Below are positions 36,336-48,699 of a stretch of 64,000 nucleotides of DNA, piece after piece. Position 1 is the stretch's first letter; the number at the start of each line of letters is the position of its first letter. The position numbers and the translations under genes are program-made. The stretch comes from Geosiphon pyriformis uo1 (taxonomy: Eukaryota; Fungi; Glomeromycota), in the NCBI GenBank assembly GCA_016748015.1, contig JAAOMT010000302.1, forward strand, positions 1 through 64,000. Reading direction: 5' to 3'. Below the pieces are notes generated by a model that was given only the letters and a program-made list of their open reading frames with translations, had not been told where the DNA came from and did not search any database.

Positions 36336-38975
36336 TACATGAACCAAATAGCCATAATAAATAATTTTTTTGTTTAGTGTATTTTTTGTTAAAGTAATAT
36401 TATGATTGTTATTTTATTTTTAGAAGTATAAAAAAATAATACTATGTAACAATACAACTTATTATGTTGTTTAACAAATTTTATTAATATTAAGTATTTT
36501 TTTATTGTAGTTTTTTACAATAAAATTTAGATTATTTTTAAAAGTATTCAGATTTTGAAAAATACTAGTTAGTATATGCAATAAATAATATGTACATTAA
36601 AAAAACATTACATACATCTGTTCAATTGTATTTTAAGCTATTAATAATTATTCTAGTTAAAATTAAGTTCAGATTTTTTTAAAATTAAAGCTTTTAATTA
36701 TTATAAATATTGTTATTAATTTGTGCTTGTTTTAAAGTTATCTATATTATACTACATAAAAATTTAATTCTACATAATATTAACAAAAAGTTATATACAA
36801 GATAAAATAACATATTTTGTTAAAAAATGCTTCAAAAAAAGCTAGAGTATAATAATTTTTAGTTTTTTTGATTTTAAAACAGTTTACAACAAAACTACTT
36901 TATAATTAAAATAAAAGTTTTGATCAAATTGGTAAAATAAACATAGCAAATAGATTAAAAATATAACTATAAGCAAAATTAAAGACAGAAAATCAATGAA
37001 TTAATAAAATAAAATGCATTTTAACGAAAAAGATTGCTATTTTCACTTACTTAAAAAGATATTATACTAGTAAAAAATACTTTTACGTAATTTGTAACAA
37101 TATATTAAAGTTATTCAGTTTGTTCTTTTTGTGCACAAAAAATAGTTAATAGTCTCAGATTATATCTAACTCAATTGAATCAATTTTTCAAGATTATACT
37201 CAAGTATGTACTTTCTGAATACTTATTGTCTTTTTTTATTTATTTTTCAAGTGCAAGAAGAAACTTCAATTAATTTCTCTATATTATAAAATGCAAACTA
37301 CACAAACCAATCATTTATCTCTTTCATGTAGTGAATTTTCCGAATTTTGACTTCAATTTGCATACTTGCTTATAGTATATTCTCAGTTTGAAATGTTTTT
37401 TCTTTGCATTGTTTATTTTCTTAATTAATATATTTTGGATTCACATTAATTATAACCAATTAAGAGAAAAGGATTAATGTTAACATCATATTGTTAAGTT
37501 ATAGAAAATACTTATTTCATTAACTAAATCCTTAGTGGAGAACTTTGTTGATTTTAAGTAATGGTTTTCCACAGTGTTGAATTTGCAGATTGGAAACTCT
37601 TGTAATCTTGTAAGCTTTGATCCTGTAAGCTCAGATCTTTTACCTATCAAGATTTTTTTCACAATTCTGAAGAATATTGCAAATAATAATAATAATAATA
37701 ATAATAATTCGAATTTATTTCATTGTAAGATGATTCTGTCTAGCCAAGCGTATTATGTTTAGACCAAAAGATTCACATTTCTCAATATAAAATTTCAAAA
37801 ATCTAAAAAATAGATAAAAACTAATCTTTTCTGTTACAGATGCCCTGTTTTTTTTTTAATTTAATGATTCTGATTTAGTAAAAATTTCACCAAATTTATC
37901 CTAACATTATAACAGATATATTTGGTTAAAATTTAAATAAATCTACTATTTTTACCATTAATTTTGTAAATATAAACTATTTTATATTATTCTCTAATTA
38001 AAAATTAGAAATTAGAAATTTCTTTGGACAAACTAAAAATGTCCAAAGATGAACAAATATACAAAATAGATTTTACAATGTCTTGAATAATCTAAAATTA
38101 AATGATAAAACTGATTTTAATTTATGCTAAAAACATAAAATTAAGTCCTAAAATATAAACTAGTATTCATAATTAAAATTTTTAAAATTTATTATTTGTA
38201 TGATAAATTAAAAGAATTCATTAATATGTAAGTTCTTAAATTACTAGTGTCTAAATATTCTAAAATTTATTCCGATTCAATAAACAGAAACAATTTTATC
38301 ATAAATTTTTATTAACGCATCAAACCAAGTTGAATTTTGTTAATTATTTAAAACTGATGATTTCATCATGATCACATCAGTGAGTTTGTGGGCGTGCGGG
38401 AAAAAGTTTTTGCGTCACATGTTACAGGATGTGATCAGATATGATAAAAATGATAAGAAATAAAAAATGAATCATCAGCCTTGGTGTATTTGTTAAATTG
38501 GTTAAGGTTTGGCAGGGTCAAAAATAAACGGAAAATTTTTAGACCTTGTTTTATTTATTATTAAAATTGGCTATACGAAATTTCTTGCAATTTGATTTAA
38601 TTATGAATAGCGAAAATAAAAGTTGCAATCATCCAAGTCGCTCATCTTATCCTTTTTATTTTATGATGATGGAATTCATCATTGGATATATTAATAGACA
38701 AGATGGAAACAGGATATTGAAACCAGACGACCCATGAGTTCATATCTGCATTGACCGAAAGTATTATAGTTGGAATTCCGTGGCCGAACAGCATAAATAA
38801 ACAAGCACAAGACTAGTAGTAAATAAAGTGACCATTCAGGTTAGATTATTCTATTCGATAAAGTCGACTATGCAAAAAGTGATATAAAATGTATAGTATA
38901 AATTTAATGAATTCTCTGAAAAATTTCTCCTCATTACAAAACTAAAATTTTCAAAAAATCACGAAAATATTGAAA

Positions 38976-39899
38976 ATGTCATTTCAAGATACAAATATTA
39001 GTCAAATTTCTTTCTTAAGTTTCTGTTGCGTCTGTAACGAAGAACCTGTTTATCTTGATCCTTATACGGGTGCACCAAGCGAATTTTGTTCACCAAATTG
39101 TTACCAAAATGCCGTGACAAAAGATTGTTTACCCTCGTGTGAGATTTGTAAAAAACTACCACAAGCTTTACTAAAAAGTGGACAACGTACAAAAGTATGT
39201 GGAGAAGATTGTTTGAAAATAAAACAAGATGCCTTCTTTTCACAAGTTAGTGATAAAGGAAATGATAAGGGGATACACGATCAATCACTTTTGCATCCAA
39301 AAGGTAATTTTAATACCGGTACTGGAAAGCGCAGGTCCTCTTCAGCTCCCTTTATGGATTTATTAGCTACTGCTGCTGTCACTGTTTCCGATATCGCTTT
39401 ACCCACTGAAACATCAACTGCTTTTCGTGAATATATTATGAATGACGATTCTCTTGTAAAAAAGGATCCTGAAATTACCCAAAATTCAGAGCTATCTTTC
39501 GATCATAATTTGAATGTCCCAAAACTACACCTCGAATTGACGGATGACATTCAATATTACGAATTTAAAGATGACCCGATACGATCGTCAGTTCAGGAGC
39601 TTGATTTATTCCCTGATGATGCAAGCTTTATTAGTTGTCTTTCTTTCAATGATCCACTTCATCCAGAAATTGAAATTTCCCAAGTTGATAGTTTCTCTGA
39701 CCGAGAAGAATTTTCCGATATTGAATTCGAACAAAGTGATAGTAATGATGAATTTGTAGATGCCGACTTTGATAATGGGCAAAATGAAGGAATCGTTCAC
39801 AATCTTGAATTAGATAAATCTTTATTCATTGAAAAGAAAAAAGATAATACTGGCGGTTTTTGGGATTCTATGGCCGATGCTATAACACATTTATTATAA
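38976..39899 (+). CDS. Hypothetical protein with two N-terminal CxxC-x(13-15)-CxxxC putative zinc-binding repeats and an acidic C-terminus (307 aa)
   Basis: Intronless ORF; CVCNEEPVYLDPYTGAPSEFCSPNC and CEICKKLPQALLKSGQRTKVCGEDC; D/E-rich tail. Confidence 0.85.
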   Translation: MSFQDTNISQISFLSFCCVCNEEPVYLDPYTGAPSEFCSPNCYQNAVTKDCLPSCEICKKLPQALLKSGQRTKVCGEDCLKIKQDAFFSQVSDKGNDKGIHDQSLLHPKGNFNTGTGKRRSSSAPFMDLLATAAVTVSDIALPTETSTAFREYIMNDDSLVKKDPEITQNSELSFDHNLNVPKLHLELTDDIQYYEFKDDPIRSSVQELDLFPDDASFISCLSFNDPLHPEIEISQVDSFSDREEFSDIEFEQSDSNDEFVDADFDNGQNEGIVHNLELDKSLFIEKKKDNTGGFWDSMADAITHLL

Positions 39900-42419
39900 A
39901 ATTAGTAAAATCAAGGTAGTTTATGATGATGATGATGATGATGATGAATCTATAGGAAAAAATTACGGAAAGATCTGTTATAAAAAAATTCACAAACTTT
40001 AGCCGTGAATAGACCTTCAAAGTGGTTAAAATTTCAATTAAAAAAATGTAATTTATAATAGTATTATTATTCAAGTCAAAAATTTCTGATAACAAAATAA
40101 AAATTATGACTCAAAAAACTCATGTTTTAAGATTGAAACGATTAAATTAAATTAAATTGACAAAATTTTATGATGCTCTAAGCTTGATCAAAATTTTTCA
40201 TCGATAACATTGAGATACTTAATGCTTAGGATACAAGAAAAATTATTGTGCTTCAAAAATTATATGAAAATTATTAAAGAATCCTAATTTGAATGGGAAA
40301 TTTTCTCACTTTCTTTAATTCGTTGAACATTATCTTCTCACATTTGATTAGAAGGTTCAGAAATAAAAGCAAGGGAATTAGATTCACCTGCTGCTCGTAA
40401 TGTGCAAAAATGGAATATAAGAAAAATTTTTTGGGAACTCTTTTCAGAATATATCTTAACCGATCATGTTTAAACATAATTTGGGAGTAAAAGAAAATGT
40501 TATCGAATAACAAAAGATGCCCACACCAAAAATGTTGTCGTATTGCATCAGCACAAACAAAGATCTATCCTATCTATTATTCTGTTTCACCAAATTATTT
40601 TTTCCTTTCATAATTATAGATAGCCGGTTTTTTAAATTGCCCTAAAATAAATCCACGATCCTTTCTAGGTTTATTTTGTGAATTTATTTTTCCTTTAACA
40701 GATTATCTTGATTCTTTGTTATGTCTTTTTGTTTAGTCAGATAAGATATCCTGTGCAACCTATCCCTTTTAGATGAAAATATATCGTGTACTAATTATGT
40801 CAATTCATAGGATTGCAAAAATAATCCACATCATAGAGAAAAGTTACTTTTGGCATACAGTTAATGATGATCTTGCTATAGAGTTTTCTAATATGTTATC
40901 AAATGTTCATCCAAAGATATTCCAGATAAAATGGAAACAAAGCAAAATAGAAAAATTTACAATTCTATACTTACCTAATTTTTATTAAGTAGTTTTCTTA
41001 TTCCTATCTTGTTCAAGAAAATAATCAATATTTGGATTTGTTGGGTGCATTTTAAAATAATTTAGTTTTCTTCTTGATTTTGCAATAAATGAGTCTAATT
41101 ATGGTAAAGTTCATAAAATTAAGAAAAGTAATGAATAGGTATTATGATTTATTCATTGGTTAACCAGTTAATTCAAAAATAATTTCATGCTTTTATTTCA
41201 ACAAAAAACAAAAAGTTCCTTAAGAAAATCATATCCAGTCAAAAAAATTTAATTTTTAATCGTTAGTTTCAAATTATATAATAATTTAAAAGTATTCTTT
41301 TTGAATAATAATATTTTTATTATTTACAAGTCTTTAAGAATACCTTGTAAAAATTTGATAATACTTACAGAAAATAATCATAAAATTAAACCTTAAAAAA
41401 TTGTAGATAATATTTTTCTGTTTTTATTATATTCTTGTTAGTTCAATAAAAACTATTGATTGCCATCACTATTTCGAATAAGTAGAAATTGCTAAAAGTA
41501 AATGAAATTGTTAAGACTGTTTTGATTGCTATATTTTAAAGTAAAAATTGTCAAAAGTGTTATGTTTTTGTCATAAGTGAACTGTTTTTATTGAATTAAA
41601 TGAAAATTGTTGGAATTTTTTGATTTTTCATATTCTCGAAATAATTGAAACTTTTAAGAAAACAACTATAATTCAAGCTAATTTGAAATAAGTAAAAAAC
41701 CTTGAACTCCTTTAATTGCTATTATCTAAATTTTTAATTTTATTATTCTGTTCTAAACCTTCTTTTATGTGTTAATTCATAAAAAGTTTAATTTTTTATC
41801 TTTTATTTTTTTTTTTTACCAAACTTTAAAATGTAATTGATCTTGAATTATTTTTATTAATGACAATATTTGAACAAGTTTTGTAATAATTAACACATAA
41901 GTTTTAATTTATTTTCAAATTTACATAATAAACCAATTAAAATAATTTAAGAAATTTATAAAAATATTTTTTTAAAAATAAAATAAAAAATTATATATAT
42001 ATATATTATAAAATTTTTTTAATAATAATTGGTTTAACTGTCAAAAAATATGTATCAATTATTTTAATAATATTTTGTTTTATTTATTTAAACTTTTTCA
42101 TAATCATTTTTGTTCAATATATTGATTTCCTTTATTGTATATATATAATTAAGTAATTTATACATTTTTTATGCTTAAAACATAATGTTGTTAAGTTTTA
42201 TTATTATTAATGTTAATAGTAAAAAAATTGATTTGATTTTAATCAAAAAAGTAAAATTAATTAAGCTTTTTTAAGTCATATTTAACCATATTCCGAATGT
42301 ATTAATTAATATTAATAATAATAAGGTTTTCTTAATTAATAAAAATATATTGCTTAAAATTTTAAATATTAAATTATTAAATAAATATTTTATAAATTTT
42401 TTTTTTATGAGATTTTACT

Positions 42420-45400
42420 AGTAAAACCCAACTGCTATCTAGTATATAGACCCAAACTAAATGGTTCAAACTAAATGTAGCTCATGTTTTTACTATATAT
42501 GGCCAGTCACTTAGGCCAGACAAAGCAATACTATATGTCTATATTAATAAATGTGTTATCTCTCAAACCAGAAAAGAAATAACAAATTTTCCTTCTATCA
42601 AAGCTAACAGCAAATGATTTTATAATACCACAAACTAATTCATCTGATAACTTAAACACTAAACAGTAAGACAAACCCAAAACCAAATTATTATCTCTGA
42701 CTAATCTAGTCTTCTCTATATCGACTTTGTGTTTAAACCAAACAAGCCACATCTTAATATAATGCAGTTCTATCATAAACTTAATAAACTCAACAAAAGT
42801 TGAAGCAGCCCTCCCCATTTTATCAAAAATCAAAGCAGTCTCAGCACACCAATTTCTTAACACAAAACTTTTGCAAATTGCAATATATAAACACATGTCT
42901 AAAAAACACATTAATAGTAAATGCAAAATAGCAAAAGTAGGTGAGCAAAAAGAACCAGCCAATAATACTTATCTTTTGGCAGTCTCAGCCAAAGTATCTT
43001 TACAGAGACTTACATTACTAGTACAGATAAAAATGTAGTCGAACAACTCTACTTTACTATACAGTACCTCAGGATAATCCTTATTATACAATCTTTTCCT
43101 AACTGCTACTGGCAATTGTTTATAAACCACTTTTATCAAATAAATATGTAAATTAGCTAAAACCTTATTAGCAGACTCAGAGAACATATGTGAATCAGAA
43201 TGTTAAACCTTTGTCATAGTGGCCCAATTTATCTTTTTAATTAAAACACTTAAAACTATATTATAACCAAAACCAGCTTCTTAATAAGCATGACAAATTA
43301 ACCAATACAGATTATAAACAAAGTAATAAACATTGTCAGATACAGTCATATTTTCAGCCACCAAAAATTATTCCTAAATTCTATTCAGCAAATAAAAAAA
43401 AAAATGGCTTTATCAGCCAATGCATCAGTTTTAATATTGCCCAAAATCTTTAAATGTCTTGTAACTTTCATCTACTTAACCAAAATATTTTTATTTCTAA
43501 TAAAATTGACTACATGTAATCTTTTTATTTAACATTAATTATAGAAGTCAAGCATAATATACAAAGTCTTAAACATACAAGTGTCAATTGCAGATTGGCT
43601 GTCCAAATACAAAGCCACAGCACATAAAGATAAAATACATTTTAAAATCAAGACAACAGCTTGTAACTTAGCTAAAATAGAAAACAAAAGTCCTTTTATT
43701 TCAACTTCAATACTCATGTCTGTTACCAGAAAGTAAGCAGCTGCTTTATATGTTATATTAACAAAACTAATATCTTTTAAGAACTTATCTGTATAGATTT
43801 TGATATAATCTGATTAAATTTTTAGTAGACTACTACATATTTCAGATAACTTGAAAACAACAAAGTCAACTCTCAAAGAAACATTTTTGCACATAAACTT
43901 AAATACCAGTATAAACCAATAAGAAACAAGATTTTTTGGATCTAAATTTTTTCACTGCCAAAACGTTTTCTAATCTATCACTTTTTTTTTCTTGTCCAAA
44001 AGTCTGTTACCAAATGCCACATCAAACTGCTTCAAAGAAAAAACAAAATTGTAAAATAAGAGTTGTTCTAAGATACTAGACATTAGAAATCTACCAGGTC
44101 TACAAAAAGCATTGGACAAATTGTTTGCCAAAAATAACTTATTTTCCAAAAATATTTTCACTACTCTGGCCAAAAAATTATTAACTAGACTAATATGCAA
44201 CTTGACAAAAAACTGTAAAAAATTCAAAGAAAACTACTCCAAAATCTGTATATCTAAAAATCTATGTTTAAATAAACATCTAAAAATACCACAGACATTG
44301 AAAAAAAAAACCAACAAAGCTAACTTTTTTTCAGACTGTATTTGCTCAAAAAGTTTCAAATTATACAAAGATAAATAGTGCAAAATCTTACTGGAAAAGT
44401 TACATAGTAAGCCAGTCTTCAATTTAAAACTTTTTCTGATTATCATATTCTATTTGTGATACACATTTAATGACACAAAACTAAATTGCATCTAATAGCC
44501 AACTATAGGCTGTAAAACAGCTGAAACCAAGTAAAAAAATTGTTTATTTATAATAGTCTTTTTTAATACCACATTAGAAAAAAACTTAATATTCATATAA
44601 ACATAAGCCAAACTAGGCTTAAAAAAATTTTTAGTGGACAAAAAGATGTCCAAGTATTTGTATAACTCATTTTTTTTAGCAATCAAAATTGACAACTTAT
44701 TAATTGACAGTAATATCATCCTAATACCTCAATTAATAGGAATAGCCACTGTTTTATTATTATTAATTGAAATGTTATTGACATTAAAAAACTTATTAAC
44801 AATATTCAGAATATACTGTATAGAAGTTTGACAATTTTCAACTTATATTGTTTATCAATAAAGATGTTAGCAGCCAAAAAAGAAGTCCTTCTCCCAATAG
44901 TCTCAATCCTATTAATCTTTATTACAAACCTAGTATTAATACAGTATTTGCACAAATGTTTATGCCTCTTTACTTTGCATAAAAGTGGATCATAAAAAAT
45001 TCTCCAAAGGAATAGAAAAAAACTTCATTTTAATCCAAATTATTATGTATCTTATACCTATCTAAGAGTCCAAAATTTGTCATAACTCTGTTAATCTAAT
45101 TCTTATGAATACTGCCAAAAAAACTGATAAACTAACTGTATATTTTAATATAATATAAACTAGTCCTCAAATGATGCCATCTTACTGAATTATAAACTTT
45201 GTGCATATTCTATAGCATTAACTAAAGTTCTCTATTCTTCTTTAAAGCATCTTTTATTATCAATCCAATGATAAAAATAGGAGCCTAAGTCAAAATACCC
45301 TTTAATACCAAAAAGTTGTCATCATAAAAAACTTTAAATTTGCTACATACTAATAAAATCCAATTAAAAAAGATCTTAGACAAAATTTTTCAGGTCGTTT

Positions 45401-47490
45401 TAATTAGTACAATAAATTTAGTATTTGTTAAAACACTATTTTATTCATAAAGTTTTAGGATTATTAAAACCCACACTCTCTTCCAAGAAATTGGAACTCT
45501 ACTCAAAGATAAACATAAATTTAATAGTCTCAAAAAATGAACTAATATCTCTTTATCACAATGCTTTTAAAGTTCATTAAGTATTCCTAACAACTTAGTA
45601 GCCTTATTAATTGGCAAATTATTAACAACAAAAGACAACTTTTCTATATTAATCTCTTTTATTATACCAGAAAAAACACTATTATTAACATAGTTCAAAA
45701 GCAAATATTGACAAATCCAAAAGTTAAACATCTTTAAAAGCACTGATCACTTCTTTATTCATTTTTTTATGATCTTATTTACCTTAAGTTTCACTTTATT
45801 AGGCTCAATTACCAATTTATTTTCCACCACTAAGTAATCCAAAACAATCTTGTAAAATAGACAGTCTAAAATGCTTTTTATCATCTGTTTCTTATTAAAA
45901 CAGAAATTTTCTATATAATGGTCAATTGCCTTTCTAATAGCTGTATTTTTAAATGTTTTAGACTTATAATACTTAGATTTCTGATACTTCTTCCTTACTA
46001 TTGACAAATATTTAATCAACCCCATTAAATTTACACTATCTAAAATTATATTAACAACCTTAGATGTCTCAACTTTATTAATAGCCAACCAAATCCCAAC
46101 AAGGCAGTCAAAATTCAAAAAGTCTCTAGAATTTCAAACTTTCACAATTTTTGCAATGAACAATTCCAACTTAAAGAATTTCGAAGAATATTTGTTTTTT
46201 GAATAATTATATATATTATACCAATGTTTAAAAAATACTATTTTAGCAACTTGTATTATAACATTTTTCAGTACTATCCACATCATATCCAAGTTATTGT
46301 TGTCTTCCACATCTATAAACATGTCTGATTTTACTAACAGCTTAGTAGAAAATTGTTTTCTAAAACATAATTATTGGGTTTTGTCAGCATTTTTCAATCT
46401 GAACCTTTACCAGTTCCAATTGGTCTGTTTATAAGTATTACTAAAATGAATGTTTAGGAGTCTATTTAAACCAATTAAAACTGAAACTGTCTTATAATCT
46501 ATATTAAAAAACTCAGACACACAATCTATTTTATAATATATAATTATTAATACCAAGTTCCTACTTACAAAAATAAAATCTAGCATCTTTTCAATGTCTT
46601 TAAAATTGTTTTAAGTAGTAGTTTTGGCCAATAAATGTTTATTAAAAGCATTAACAAAATTTAGATCCAAACAAAACCTAAAACTTGCACTCTTTTTGAA
46701 TTTATTCTTATTAAAATTACCACCTAAAACCATAAAAAAACTAGAATTGACTGCTTTAAAGATCATAGAATTAATATCAAAAGCTTGGCCAAAATACGCA
46801 TCAATAGATATACTAGTATACAGGTTCAAAATTGTAACCAAAAGCTTGTTTCTAAACAAAAAATATATAAAAATTAAATGACTTAGAATCTCATTTATCT
46901 TTAAAACATGTCAAGCCAAAGAATTGTTCATAATTATGACAACTCTAGCACTAAGAAAACCAACATCCAGACCAGAAATAAAAACCTGAATCTCATTAAA
47001 CTTATTTATAATCCAATGTCTAATATTAGACCTTAATTTTATCTCAGTAACAAAAAAAACTATATTACTTGATTCTCTATGCCAATAAATAATGTCTTTT
47101 TGTTTTGCAGAAACATTAATATCTTGAATATTGCACATAGCAAATTTTTAAACCAGATCTATCATTAAGAAAAAGAATCTTTTACATCCAAGCTAGCATT
47201 GTCTATTTTGGTTATTAGACCCATAACTATGTTTGACAAATTGTTCAAAGTTTTTTTTAGTCTCAAAACAATTAAAAGACCAATATCTACTACTTCTACA
47301 ACAGTTTCATCACTAGTGGTTATATTCAAACTCTTACTTATTACTGTATTTACTTCTTGATTCTGTAATAAAGAGATTACCAACAGCTAATATTTAGGGC
47401 TAGACTGAGAAACTGTTGGTCCAAGTGTATCCAATTTTCTAGCCAGCTCATCCACTTTCTTTGTAAGACTGGCAAGACTATATCTTATAT
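42420..47490 (-). mobile_element. 5'-truncated LINE (non-LTR retrotransposon): ORF1 tail, APE endonuclease, RT, RNase H, Cys-rich C-terminus; heavily mutated
   Basis: APE motifs CNIQDIN, FVTEIKL and VLGGNFNK; RT active-site region FLAANIFIDK (~44850-44880); RNase H motifs YTDKFL, SILAKLQAV and YLDSQSAID; C-terminal LPVAVRKRLYNKDYP. Many stops. Confidence 0.9.
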
Positions 47491-48584
47491 AATCAAATAA
47501 TAAGTATTGAATTTTAAAAAAAATAAGTTATTTATATAAAAAATCACATTTTTAATATTCTAAATGATATTTAAAACAAAATAAATATTTTTTTAATTCG
47601 TTATATTTGACTGTTTGTATTTATAATATTAAAAATTTTTATATTTATGTTTTAACAAATAATTGTGATTTCACATCCTATTTATAAATAATTTTTTAAC
47701 ATTTTGTTGATTTAAAAATAATATTTTTTAATATATATTTTGGGATTTTTAAAAAGTTGAATTTAATGTTTATATTAATATCTTGTGCTTAAAATATATA
47801 TTATAATTTTAATTTTTTTTTGAATTTCTTACATATTTAATTAACTTTTTGTTAAAATTTACTTGGTTAAACTTATATTTCTTTTAATTCTTGTCATTTA
47901 TTTTCTTGTTACTTTGATTTTCACATAAAAGAAATGTTTTTGTAAAGTTTTCAAAAGTCACATTTTTATTTATTGTATAAACTAATATATCTTTCTGCCA
48001 TAAATTAAAAAATATTTTCCTCTTTTTAGCTTGATTTGGTACTTAGTCAAACAATAATTCAATAAACAATTTCAAGTTTTAACAAATTTTCAACTAAAAA
48101 CTTACATTGTTTATTATGTTCATTTTTTTATTTAAGTTTATTTTGAAAGAAATTAAAAAAAAAACAATTGCATTAATTAATATTTTGTTATAACTTTTTA
48201 TTGAACACAATTTTTTGATTTTTTGAATTATTAAATCATTTTGATAGCTGCCCATCAATTATTTCTAAAAAACAAAAAAAAGTTATTAGACCTGTAAGCA
48301 AATTTAATAGTTTATTAAAACATTTAAATCTGAACTAATAACAGCTTTTAGCAATAATATTTTATTAGCTATTCCAAGATATTTAAATTGCTGCAATATT
48401 ATTTCTATTATTTAAAGGCAATTCACAAAATTTTATAGAAAGTTCAAAATTTCGATATGTAAATGGCTTTTTTATTACAGTTGGCATTGTTACGGTTCAG
48501 AAATTAGCAAGAGGCATAAATATTATACGAAATTATCCAATAATAAAATAGCAGAGTAATCTTAAAAAGATAATAATCTACATA

Positions 48585-48699
48585 GCAGCAATCACCAAAT
48601 AGTGTTGGCAGCAAGCACCATTTTGCGATTGCAGCAAATACCATATTATAATAGCAGCAAACACCGTATTATAATAACAACACACACTATTTGAAAATA
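48585..48699. repeat. Five-unit 23 bp tandem minisatellite, probably within a decayed LTR element
   Basis: GCAGCAATCACCAAATAGTGTTG / GCAGCAAGCACCATTTTGCGATT / GCAGCAAATACCATATTATAATA / GCAGCAAACACCGTATTATAATA / ACAACACACACTATTTGAAAATA. An LTR-like TGTTACG start lies at ~48488. Confidence 0.8.

Noticed and set aside
40274-40990. Coding-like island with short ORFs on both strands
   Set aside because: No recognisable motif or consistent exon chain; possibly a decayed gene or TE but not supportable.
48585-48699. 23 bp periodic array with a constant GCAGCAA head, superficially CRISPR-like
   Set aside because: The variable parts are only ~11 bp and related to each other, there are no cas genes, and the context is eukaryotic; it is an ordinary minisatellite.
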